Shown piece by piece: positions 1 to 9,676 of a DNA stretch of 64,000 nucleotides (position 1 is the first letter of the stretch; every line of letters starts with the position of its first letter). The position numbers and the translations under genes were made by a program. The notes beneath the pieces are model-generated. The model was not told where the DNA came from, searched no databases, and saw nothing but the letters and a program-made list of their open reading frames with translations. Source of the DNA: Lineus longissimus (taxonomy: Eukaryota); the NCBI RefSeq assembly GCF_910592395.1, contig NC_088308.1, positions 2,852,001-2,916,000 of the forward strand, in the 5' to 3' direction.

Positions 1-2167
1 CAAAGTTCACTGATGAGGTGTCTTGTCTTTAATTGATTCTAGGTAGGATTTTGACATATGTTGTATCCATGAGAGTACTTGCAGGCATTACAAAAAACAC
101 CAATAAAATTGGCAAGAATTCGACAAAAGAAACTGTTTTGTAACTTACCCAGCTATGAAAACAAGTTTGAGGAAAGCCTTGACTGAGCAAGTAGACAAAC
201 ATGAGTTAAGATATTGGTGGATGATGTGATTAATCTCTCTTCTGAAGCAGAAATCCATCAAAATTGAAATCAGTTCCAAGAAAGTTATACCAAGCCCAAG
301 CAGTAATACTGTAAATTGTCTGATAAATGACAAAAATTGAGAAATGTCTCGGGTTGCCTCCTACGAGACTTCCAATCAAGGAAATGAAGGTGTACCAGAC
401 ACTTATGATTTATACCTGCAGAGCTGGGACAGAGTCGTTTATTATTCATTTGAAAGTATTGCCAATTTTGTCGCGACAAAACGGAAGCCCAAGATGTTGA
501 TGGTACTTAGGTAATGACCTGGAGGAAAGTTGAGGACTTTTTGATTAAGAAATCGGCACCCGCAGAAAGTGATGGTTGGACAAATATCTCACATTGGCAC
601 ATTAGCAGGAGTTGGTGTTGGTTGCAAGTTCTTAATGAGAGGCGTCATAGGTTCAATAAAAACAACTGAGAGATACCCATCAGTGTGTAAGCTTGAATTC
701 TTACTTACTTTGAATATCAAAGAGAAGACACATCTCAAAAGAAGAAGACACGCTGGGCATTTGGTTGCCAGGAAGCAGTTGGGTTGCACGACTGCTTCTC
801 ATCTTCAGTTCTTAGCCACTTTCAACTACTGAAAGACTTCTCAATCTTACATCATTCCCATCACATCTCACCAGTTCTTATCTACAACCTCACTCTGCCA
901 TTTACCCACTTCTCTATCGCACCATTATTTTGATGGCCTCTGAATGGTCTTCTGTGTTTTTTCTACCTTTTATATCACACCCAAGATGTCATTTACCAAC
1001 TCATGTATTACTTCTTATCGGTTTGGTAAGATGGCGCAATTGCCCAAATGACAAATAAAATGTCAATATCCTTTGCGCTTGCTTTACATCTACAGGTAAC
1101 TGAATTACCATCTCAGGGGTGTTGATTCTGGCTAGACCTGTGTACCATGGCTGCACATGGAAATGCAAGTTATTTCCGACAAGACCTGTTTCACTGTTTC
1201 CTTGGACATAAAGTAGGATTTCCTGCCTGCAGCACTGTGAATACATCATTGTTGCCTATGAAAAAGCAATTTCTGCCTTAAACTTTTTTCATTGCTTCAG
1301 TTGGACCTTAGTGGATAGACTATTACTTTCACCTTAGAGCCACCACAGAAGAGGCTGCACAACAGTATGAAAAACACTTGAGTTGATGAACACAAAGAAA
1401 CACTTCCCCAGACTCATGTCACGTCAACTAATCCATCAGATTGATGAAACTAATCAACTTGTTGCAAAACAGCAACTCTTTTCCCAACTTGTTTTTGATG
1501 TTAAAGTTTTTGATGTTAACTAGTTGGTAGTTTCTAACTGAGTCAGGTCTGTTGCGAATCTATTGATACTCGATGTCCTCGGACACAGCACTTATCTTCA
1601 TCAAGACAGCTGAAAAATTTAATTTTCCCAAACCCATTTAAACCACAACTCATAAGTGGTATCTAACAGAGTTGGGTCCATCACAAATCTATTTATCATA
1701 GAAAATATTTTGCATATTGGATAACCCTAATATCCTCGAGGGATGCATCGTCCTTAGGGAAAGGGGGCTCAGAGAAACACTAATATTTTACAAATGCACT
1801 AATCTATTTAACTCTGGCTCAGCTGCCAGTGCTATTTGCCTAATGGAACCTTTATTGCCCAGCTTGGATATTTTGAACACCATAAGCCCCTGTACCACTA
1901 GCTTATGGGATGGCCAACATGACGCCCTAGGGCTTTTTAACATGGAAACTGAAAGCATTATTATCTCCTCAACACAAATCTATTGACAATTTTGATGGAC
2001 TGCACACTGTACTTTGACAATTTGATCTCTAGTTTAATGGGAGCATCTATCATTTTAATGGATGGGTATCAAAATTTAATGCCACGACCTTTCGATCGAA
2101 AACCAAAATGAACTATTTTCTTAGAGCATATGATAAAGTGAGTGGCCTAAACCGAGATAACGACTTT

Positions 2168-2173
2168 TTTATT
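2168..2173 (-). promoter_or_regulatory. Candidate polyadenylation signal (AATAAA) of the minus-strand microprotein gene
   Basis: Plus strand TTTATT reads AATAAA on minus, about 410 nt downstream of the TAA at 2586-2584. Confidence 0.45.
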
Positions 2174-2583
2174 GCAAACCCAGGGCCTGGTTGTTGAAAC
2201 CGTGTTGGCTTATCAATCCGAAAATCTTTGCTGAGCAGTGCTTCTTTTCGCGTAGTTGTCTGTCTTGATGTGCACTCGAGAATGCTATGCCTGCCTGTCT
2301 TACCACAGCTGTCATCTTGGTAAGGTTGTCCCTCATACAGCCGGTCATGGAGAATAGTGCCGAATGGTCATCATTTTTAATCAATGCACATCGGGCTTAC
2401 GTGCCCCTACGAAAGTTCAACAAACCATCTTCCCAATGACATTGTCATCAAGATACTGCCAGACAATTCCGTCAGACAACTTCATTCTACTACGCATTTA
2501 TGTCCTCCTTACTCAAAGGCCAGGCTCAAAAGCTAATATCTTATCAAGGCTGCATGGTTCTCTTCAGAATCCATTTTAACTAA

Positions 2584-2676
2584 TTAGTGGAGGCGAGCCT
2601 GCTTCAGGCGGAGCACGTCCCGGCTTTGGTTCGATGTAGCAGAGCGCTGATGACCAAAGCAAGTTGGAAGCATAGC
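2584..2676 (-). CDS. Candidate terminal coding exon of a 35-aa microprotein (AMLPTCFGHQRSATSNQSRDVLRLKQARLH*)
   Basis: Minus-strand acceptor cctcgcctgtctccacAG|GCTATG. 31 codons to TAA. 53/93 nt are G+C (57%) against an AT-rich background. Joins in phase 0 to the exon at 4313-4299. Confidence 0.55.
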   Translation of the reverse strand, partial: AMLPTCFGHQRSATSNQSRDVLRLKQARLH

Positions 2677-2944
2677 CTGTGGAGACAGGCGAGGATGTTA
2701 TCTATTCATTATCATCATAACCCTGTAGCAATGGCCTTCTGTTGTGATTAGGCTTTGATTGTTGGTAATCATAATTTAAGATCCATATATTAGGAAACTG
2801 TCTCTCACAAGAGTGTATATATCATACCAATTGTATTGTTAGCCCTTGGTTAACCCTTTGTCCAGAGCAACTCATGTCTTGCTTTGTTCCAATGAAACAT
2901 ATCATTGATACCAAATTAAGTGCACTCCCAAGTGATCAGGTGAG

Positions 2945-3486
2945 ATTAAGGTGATAAGACACAGGATACCTGCAGTGGAAGAAGTGTTCTATCACCATTC
3001 CCTCACTCACAGCCCTAGAGCTAGGCAAGTTACAAAACAATTACTTCAGAACCTCCTTCAGACTAAGACCAAAGCAGCAATACATCCCACTTCTCCTGCC
3101 AGATGGTAACTCGACAATCATCCAAACTTGACCAGCACCAGAGAAACTATCCACTCGTTAATTGTCACATTAGGGTGATACAAGTATGTCACAAGGTAAC
3201 TGTAATAGAAGAAGAGTGCTATGGTTGTTTCGTTGGTGACAGCCCTTGTGCTAGAGACAAGATACAAAGCAATTATCTCTTTAGAACCTCCTTCAGAACG
3301 GAACCAAACCAACATGACCACCCACCCAAGAAATGATCCAACAACTGTCACATTTAGATGATGACACAAGATACCTGCAGTGGAAGAAGAGTACTACTGA
3401 CATTTCCTTTGCTTACAGCCCTAGAGCCAGAGACAAGATGGAAAGCAATCATCCTTTGGTCCTCCTTCAGACTCGGACCAAAGCAA
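2945..3486. repeat. Diverged tandem triplication (spacing ~174-235 bp) inside the predicted intron
   Basis: Anchor CCTCCTTCAGA at 3052, 3287 and 3461. Shared blocks gatacctgcagtggaagaag and acagccctagagc. Confidence 0.8.
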
Positions 3487-4298
3487 TAGTCTTCAACGGC
3501 CTTTTAAACAAAGACCAAAGCAGTGAGACAACCCATATTACCCCACAACAGCAAGGGTTGCTACTTGGTTGTACATCTATCAAGAAGATTATGTTCAAAG
3601 TCCATAACCTTTTCTCTCTGCCCTATGATACCATATTCAATCAAGCATATAATTTGCACAAAAGAAGGGTTGCGATCATTCCAGATGTAACAAGCTCAGG
3701 TAAGAGCACAGAGTGAAAAGACACTTTTCACTACTTGTTTTCCGATTGCCGACAACAAGAAATGAAGAATTCTGACAAAAGCAATGCAATAGAATTAAAT
3801 AAGATCAAGCCTTATCTTCTTTGATGACCCTTAAGTCTTAAAGAAGGACAGGTGATGACAATAGAATGCTAAACCAGCAGATAATAGACACTTTTGTCTC
3901 AAAAGAATGTGACCGAATTCCCCAATGTCTCTTGAGCACCCAATGATCTCTGCCAAGGGAACTTCTTGTACTCCAGCTCTAACAGTATGCTCGACACTTG
4001 CCATTACTAATGCACACAATGTTAAGATGACTGGCCAGGTACTCTCTCAGGCAACAATAGGTTACCGAACATCATGCTAAACCGCACTTGCATAACTGTC
4101 ATGAATGTAATTGGCCATAACTCAACTATTAACAGTTACATTACCACATTCTGAGAGCTGTAGCCAGTATGTCTCAGATGTCAGATGACAACTTAGATAG
4201 ATTAGAAATTAAAAGTGGCTAATATATTCTGAAACACCTAGTATAAAGCTTTGATGCTCCACAACAATAGAATCCTTCTTATATTGGACACGACTTAC

Positions 4299-4313
4299 CT
4301 TTGTTGCTGCCAT
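4299..4313 (-). CDS. Candidate first coding exon (MAATK) of the microprotein gene
   Basis: Minus strand tcaacATGGCAGCAACAAAG|GTAAGT: A at -3, G at +4, consensus donor, phase 0. Lies just downstream of an X-box and CCAAT box in a CpG-containing patch. Confidence 0.6.
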
Positions 4314-4385
4314 GTTGATGAAGTATCCCCAACAACGACCAAAACAAAACTGGATGGGTTCGTAGATATCACTATCCTAGTGATC

Positions 4386-4399
4386 GTTGCTATAGAAAC
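4386..4399. promoter_or_regulatory. RFX-type X-box
   Basis: GTTGCTATAGAAAC, inside the near-perfect palindrome ATCGTTGCTATAGAAACGAT (4383-4402), about 73 nt upstream of the ATG. CCAAT on minus at 4438-4434. Confidence 0.6.
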
Positions 4400-5619
4400 G
4401 ATGTTGCGAGGAAGTTACAAGTTCCAAGTGGCGATTGGAGTCCCGTAACCGAGAGAAAGTGTCATTAATTTTGGGAAAGTGATTTCACAAGAAAGTTCCG
4501 CCCAGGTGGTAAAACAAATACCACAAGTCTGTCAATGAATTCAGGGTGTTAACACTAGCACATGTTCCAAATACTGAACAAAGTGAAAAGAACGACTACT
4601 GACAGGAGAAAGTACCTGTACTGGGCTTGATATGTGTTCTATGGAAAATTAACTGAAATTCCTTATGCCACAACCTTTCTAAACAAGACACGTTTTGATA
4701 AATGATAAACGAGCTTTATAAAGATACAACAAAATTTAACCGAAAGTCCTCAAGCGTTGCTGAAAGCTCCTCACTCCTCCGAGTTTGGATGCAAATGCCG
4801 ACATGCAACACGCGATTCAGAGAGGTTAGTACCACATGTGCGAGACCATCTATATGGAAGAGAACATCAAGATATCCAAGTTATAATCACCCCCTCGATA
4901 ATAAACCATGTGTAGAGCTCATGAAAATTTCATATCATCCATGTCAGTCACTCGCTAAGCCAGTCTTGGTGAGTCATTTATTATGATGACGGAAGGTCTC
5001 GGCCACTGTCATGTGCATGCTTGTAACCACCCCTTTTAACATGATGCATTAGTATTCGAGAGGAATATATGTTGTTCGCAGTTCTTGTTAGTCCTTGTAA
5101 GACTGATGGATTACTACAAATAGTACAGCTTCTCTAGACACAAGGCTAACCTGTCATACCACACCTTTTACTACATGTATGACAGGTTTGACAGTCTCAT
5201 TTAAGGCAGCTTGATTTTTTTGTATTTCTCATATAGGAGTTTGACAGCAAGGACTAATGGGTTGGTCATGAATGTCACTGTAAGAAATGGCAAATGGCAA
5301 AAAAAGGGCAAATGTATTGGTCACTGCATTAGGCTTAAGTCTTATCAAGAATGCTCAGGTAGACTGAAATTTCAACCTTGTGGTCCTTGGTTGCGACACC
5401 AAGACAAGAACCACTGCAATCAAAAGGAGCCATGTAATGGTATTCCACCTCCAGCAGGCTCACAGAGGTAAACTAAGACATAAGAGATAATGACTTCAGT
5501 AACTCAGTGGCATTCAGACAAGCAACAGAGGAAGTCGGTCCACCATCACCATTGGTCACGTCCCCGACCATCTCACCACATTACGCTGATTACTCTAGTC
5601 TTCATCATGTTTATGGTGT

Positions 5620-6110
5620 GGCACAGTACTGGCTTTATTTCCTCCTTTGATAGGTTTATAGGGTCACAACAGAGTGGTACCGTAATCTATTGTATGATAA
5701 TGGTGATTCTGATGGTAGAAGCTAAGTGGTTGTCCTTTCTAGCTATGGGGAAAGACGCTGATCTGCTGCCTTGGTCATTTTTGCACTTCCTGGTGAGACA
5801 CAGCTCTTGCTTAATTTCCTCATTTGCTAGGTTTGTGGGCTCACTACACAGCGGGGCCGAGATTGTCCTGTTGTGCGGTAATGATAATGATGATGGCGGA
5901 AGCTCTATGGTGTCTTTTCTCAACTTTATAGCTATCGAAGGATGATCTTCTGCCTTGGTCAATATGCACTTTGATACTGGTCGGTAGAGTTCTTGCTCTA
6001 CTTATTCATTTGATAGGTTATAGGGTCGCTACTGAGTGGTAAATATTGGATCTGTTGTGCAGCAATGGTGATGATGAATGTCGGCTGAAGTTATGTGGTG
6101 TCCTTTCTTG
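5620..6110. repeat. Diverged tandem triplication, ~180-bp unit
   Basis: Anchor TTTG(A/C)TAGG at 5646, 5823 and 6009. Shared tgatct(g/t)ctgccttggtca and gtgtc(c/t)tttct blocks. Confidence 0.8.
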
Positions 6111-6939
6111 CTTTTCTACTTATCATTTTAACTCTTTTGGCAATATTCAAAGTTATCTCTCCACTATGATGTCCTGTGTCATGTTAAAGTAATGTGTTTT
6201 ACTGTGAGTAAATGTCACCTGACTTTTCTACACTTGCAAATTTTGTTGTTTTCTGAGTGTCATAAAGGCTGTTATCGACCAGCCACCATAAATGCCAAGT
6301 AAACCATCCAGGCCACTTCACCAATACAAGTTGTCATCAAGTGTCACGAAGAGCCCTTTTGAAATCAAACAATAACATCATGATTTATAGAAAAGTTTTA
6401 AATCAATTCACTCTTGGTACTGGTATCACTGTAACTTAAAAAGACGGTGAAGTATCATCGGAATCATTGAGTGGGGAGAAGAGGGCTAAAAGTGCTAAAT
6501 TCAAATGTTGGAGTTACAAACATGTTTCAATCTTTGCAGTTGCTAGAAAATCCTATTGTCGATGACATCAATGATGAGAAAAAGAACTACTTCTATTGTC
6601 AACCAACGTACAATCAATTCCACCAGTGGTATGCAACCCAAAGAGTCATTCAATTTGCCTGTTTCCCTGGTTTTATGTTTTTATTATAGCAACAAATGCG
6701 GATCAGAGTCATACTGTATGTTCTAAGATCTCTTTCATGTTACCAAGTCACACTAAATGTGACCATACTTAGGAGTAGGGAGACAACACGAACAAGTCAT
6801 CACAGTCGATGGGATGCATAATAGGGTGGGCTACCAAGCATTGTAAAATGTGGAATGATGAGAACTGAAAAGACGAATGCTGCCATGATTTCTGTTAAGA
6901 ACTTGATTGCGGCAAATTTGTCATGCTACAGATGAAACA

Positions 6940-7300
6940 ATTTTTAAGTCCAAATATTTTTTTCAATTGATTTTTTTTTCTGCTCAAAATGAGGAAAAAT
7001 CATCAGCCCCCAAAACTTTTTACTTTGCAAATTTTTCAGAAAAATCATTCAGACAGTTCAAAATTTTGAAAAATTTTCAAAGTCAAAAAAAAGTTTTGGG
7101 ACCGATGTTGATTCATTTTGAGCAGAAAAAAAAGTGAAAAAAATATTTGGACTCAGAAAATTTTTCTAACCCTAATCCTTTCATAAGTTCAAAATTTTGA
7201 AAAATTTTCAAAGTCAAAAGGTAAATATCAATTCACAATAGTAAACCTCAATTCACCATGGTAAATCATCATTTCACCATGGTGAATTGGGATTCATTTC
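6940..7300. mobile_element. Foldback/MITE-like AT-rich element with internal ~207-bp hairpin
   Basis: 6947 AGTCCAAATATTTT...CTGCTCAAAATGA is inverted to TCATTTTGAGCAG...AAATATTTGGACT 7153. Direct repeat agttcaaaattttgaaaaattttcaaagtcaaaa at ~7054 and ~7186. ~20-bp aattcaccatgg repeats at 7222-7285. A related fragment lies at 45275-45372. No TSD found. Confidence 0.7.
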
Positions 7301-7637
7301 CGTTAGGGGTACGTCAGATAGGACGCCCACACCTTCCTTTCCTTCAGGATATCATAACCCTGTTATCAAACCAGCGTTTGTCATGTTTAAGACCACTCTT
7401 CTAGATTACTCTTCCTCTGTGATTCCTTCAGGCCTCTTGTTAATTACATCAAAGTAAGTAGCTTTCACCAGACCTCTGACAAGTTGCCGATTATATTCCA
7501 TATACCTGTCATCTCAACTCACCAAGTGTCCGCCATTGTCGTCACTGTGGGCAGGTTTAGTAAGTTAATTTATCAGCATTATGAATAGAGATAATCCTTT
7601 CCCTTAGATCTGCATCACCACAAGATATGGCTTGTGA

Positions 7638-8196
7638 CATCCATACAGTCGCACTTAGCACCTTTTTAAAACATTACTCTAAGAAAGTCACAGAAACTCC
7701 TGTAACTGTAACTGTCATTTCTGTAAGTATTCCTGTAACTGCAAATTACTGTAACTTCTGTAACTGAACCAGCAATTTCATGGGAACAGTTTGTCTATTA
7801 GGACGACCAACTCATTTCCTACCCATCCATACAGTTGCACTTAGCACCTTTTAAAACTTTACTCTAAGAAAGTCACAGAAACTCCTGTAACTGTAACTGT
7901 CACTTCTGTAAGTATTCCTGTAACTGCAAATTACTGTAACTTCTGTAACTGAACCAGCAATTTCATGGGAACAGTTTGTCTATTAGGACGACCAACTCAT
8001 TTCCTACCCATCCATACAGTTGCACTTAGCACCTTTTAAAACTTTACTCTAAGAAAGTCACAGAAACTCCTGTAACTGTAACTGTCACTTCTGTAAGTAT
8101 TCCTGTAACTGCAAATTACTGTAACTTCTGTAACTGAACCAGCAATTTCATGGGAACAGTTTGTCTATTAGGACGACCAAGTCATTTCCTACCCAT
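7638..8196. repeat. Young tandem repeat, 3 copies of a 185-186-bp unit
   Basis: Units start with CATCCATACAG at 7638, 7824 and 8009. Copies are near-identical, and each contains multiple CTGTAA subrepeats. Confidence 0.97.
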
Positions 8197-8889
8197 TCGA
8201 CAGAGAGAAGGTGAACCCATCATTGTCAGCATTAATGATGATATGAGTCTGAGCAATAACCAGGGCCATTATTCAATCAAACCATATGCCCACTCAGTGT
8301 TTACAAATGATTTTGGTAATTGATGGATTACCAGCACGACTTTGACCAAATACTGTGATAGTATGACACCGTGCCTATTTCATATCTGAGACCCTGAATC
8401 TTCAAAACAAGTTCGAGTTGGACTTGTGCTAGTTTAAGTGCCCCACAAGTGAATACTTTCATCACAGTGACTTGACAAAACCATTGCTGGAAGCACCCAA
8501 GCTAAGCTCGAATAAGAAATAAGACAGATATCTTCTACATGCCAGATACATTTCCATTACAAGAATCCCATCAATTTTTCAGGATAATAACTTTCAAATC
8601 GATACCATAGCTAGCTATATGGACCATTAATCATAATAATAGTGGGACTCAAGATGAAATTTGAAATATTTATAAAGAGAAAAGGGGCAATCATAGCTTT
8701 TTATATCAATCATAAATGAGTCTGCATGTGATAATGTTCACTTTAATACCCAAGATAAGAATTTTTTATATGAGCCTGTTGAACAATTATAATTACAATC
8801 CCAATTAGATTACAAATTGTCCGATATTATTTATAGATCTAATAATGTCCTATGTATGGTTAGAATCTATCTAATATGGTAGCCTTGGG

Positions 8890-9032
8890 ACTGTAATGCT
8901 GTCCCGAATAGGGAAGTGGCCTGAATACAGAGGTCAAATTGTGTAGAAACGGACCATTTGGTATCAAAGTAACTGTCCCAATAGAGAGGGCGTCCTGTTG
9001 ACACGAGGCGTCAACAAGGGGAGGTTCTACTG
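8890..9032 (-). mobile_element. Partial Tc1/mariner (pogo/Tigger-like) MITE, inverted relative to its neighbour
   Basis: Ends in GAGGTTCTACTG followed by TA. Its interior (aatgctgtcc...gaggtcaaatt...aaacggaccatttgg) is the diverged reverse complement of 9043-9180. Confidence 0.7.
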
Positions 9033-9042
9033 TATACATGTA

Positions 9043-9227
9043 TAGTGGAACCTCCTTCAGTAGAGACCATGTCAGCACTACCACCTCACTACAAGGGGTC
9101 ATTGATTTTGTTCTAAACGGGTCGTTTGTGTATGAATTGACCTCCGTAATTAGAACACCTCTGTAAGGACAGCATTTGTCAATAATTGTCTGTCTCCAGG
9201 GGGGACCCTTATAGAGAGGTTCTACTG
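9043..9227 (+). mobile_element. Tc1/mariner (pogo/Tigger-like) MITE, 185 bp
   Basis: TA|TAGTGGAACCTC ... GAGGTTCTACTG|TA: imperfect 12-bp TIRs of the CAGTRGAACCTC type with TA on both sides. Confidence 0.8.
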
Positions 9228-9244
9228 TATGTTGCTTTGAGGTG

Positions 9245-9676
9245 CAAACTTTGAAACAAATCCTGGTGACTTTCAAGCAAGGGCACAAAGCACATTGGCA
9301 CATTGATGAAAGAAGAAAACCAAGAAGTTCTACTCTTACTTAGAGATTCTGCATCACTGCACACTGATAAACCCACAAAGTCCCGCTACCCCCCATATTG
9401 TTCTCCAAACTTTGCAACCAAGGTGACCTTCAAGTATGTGACATCTCACATGATCACACATCATCGGCTCCTCCAGTGAATTACAAAACAAACATAATAG
9501 ATAACAGCTTTTGATATCTCATTTGTAATACAGCATACACAAACAGCTATTGTTACATAGCCATAAGGCGAATTCTCCATTGTCGATTCAAACTTTGAAA
9601 CATACCAAGGTGACTTTAATACAGGGACGTGATGCCACACACCACCGACTCCCTCAAGCGAATTACAAAATAAACG
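9245..9676. repeat. Diverged tandem triplication (spacing 161 and 183 bp)
   Basis: CAAACTTTG...GGTGAC at 9245, 9406 and 9589. GAATTACAAAA is shared by copies 2 and 3. Confidence 0.75.

Noticed and set aside
1108..1255. AG/GT-bounded open segment on minus (ATMMYSQCC...NTPEM)
   Set aside because: No recognisable protein or compositional signal, and it lies beyond the predicted poly(A) signal. Cannot be distinguished from chance.
2965..3392. cttcttccactgcAG|GTATC AG-GT junctions on minus at ~2970 and ~3375
   Set aside because: Weak donor, inside a diverged repeat and in a short intron where recursive splicing is not expected.
5490..5962. 151-aa and 91-aa ORFs with internally repeated text
   Set aside because: They span the ~180-bp diverged tandem array, and the frame is not kept in the third copy.
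7638..8196. Regularly spaced repeats as a CRISPR array
   Set aside because: Whole units are repeated with no unique spacers. Eukaryotic context and no cas genes.
8860..9303. 147-aa minus-strand ORF
   Set aside because: Runs across the paired MITEs. No transposase motif.
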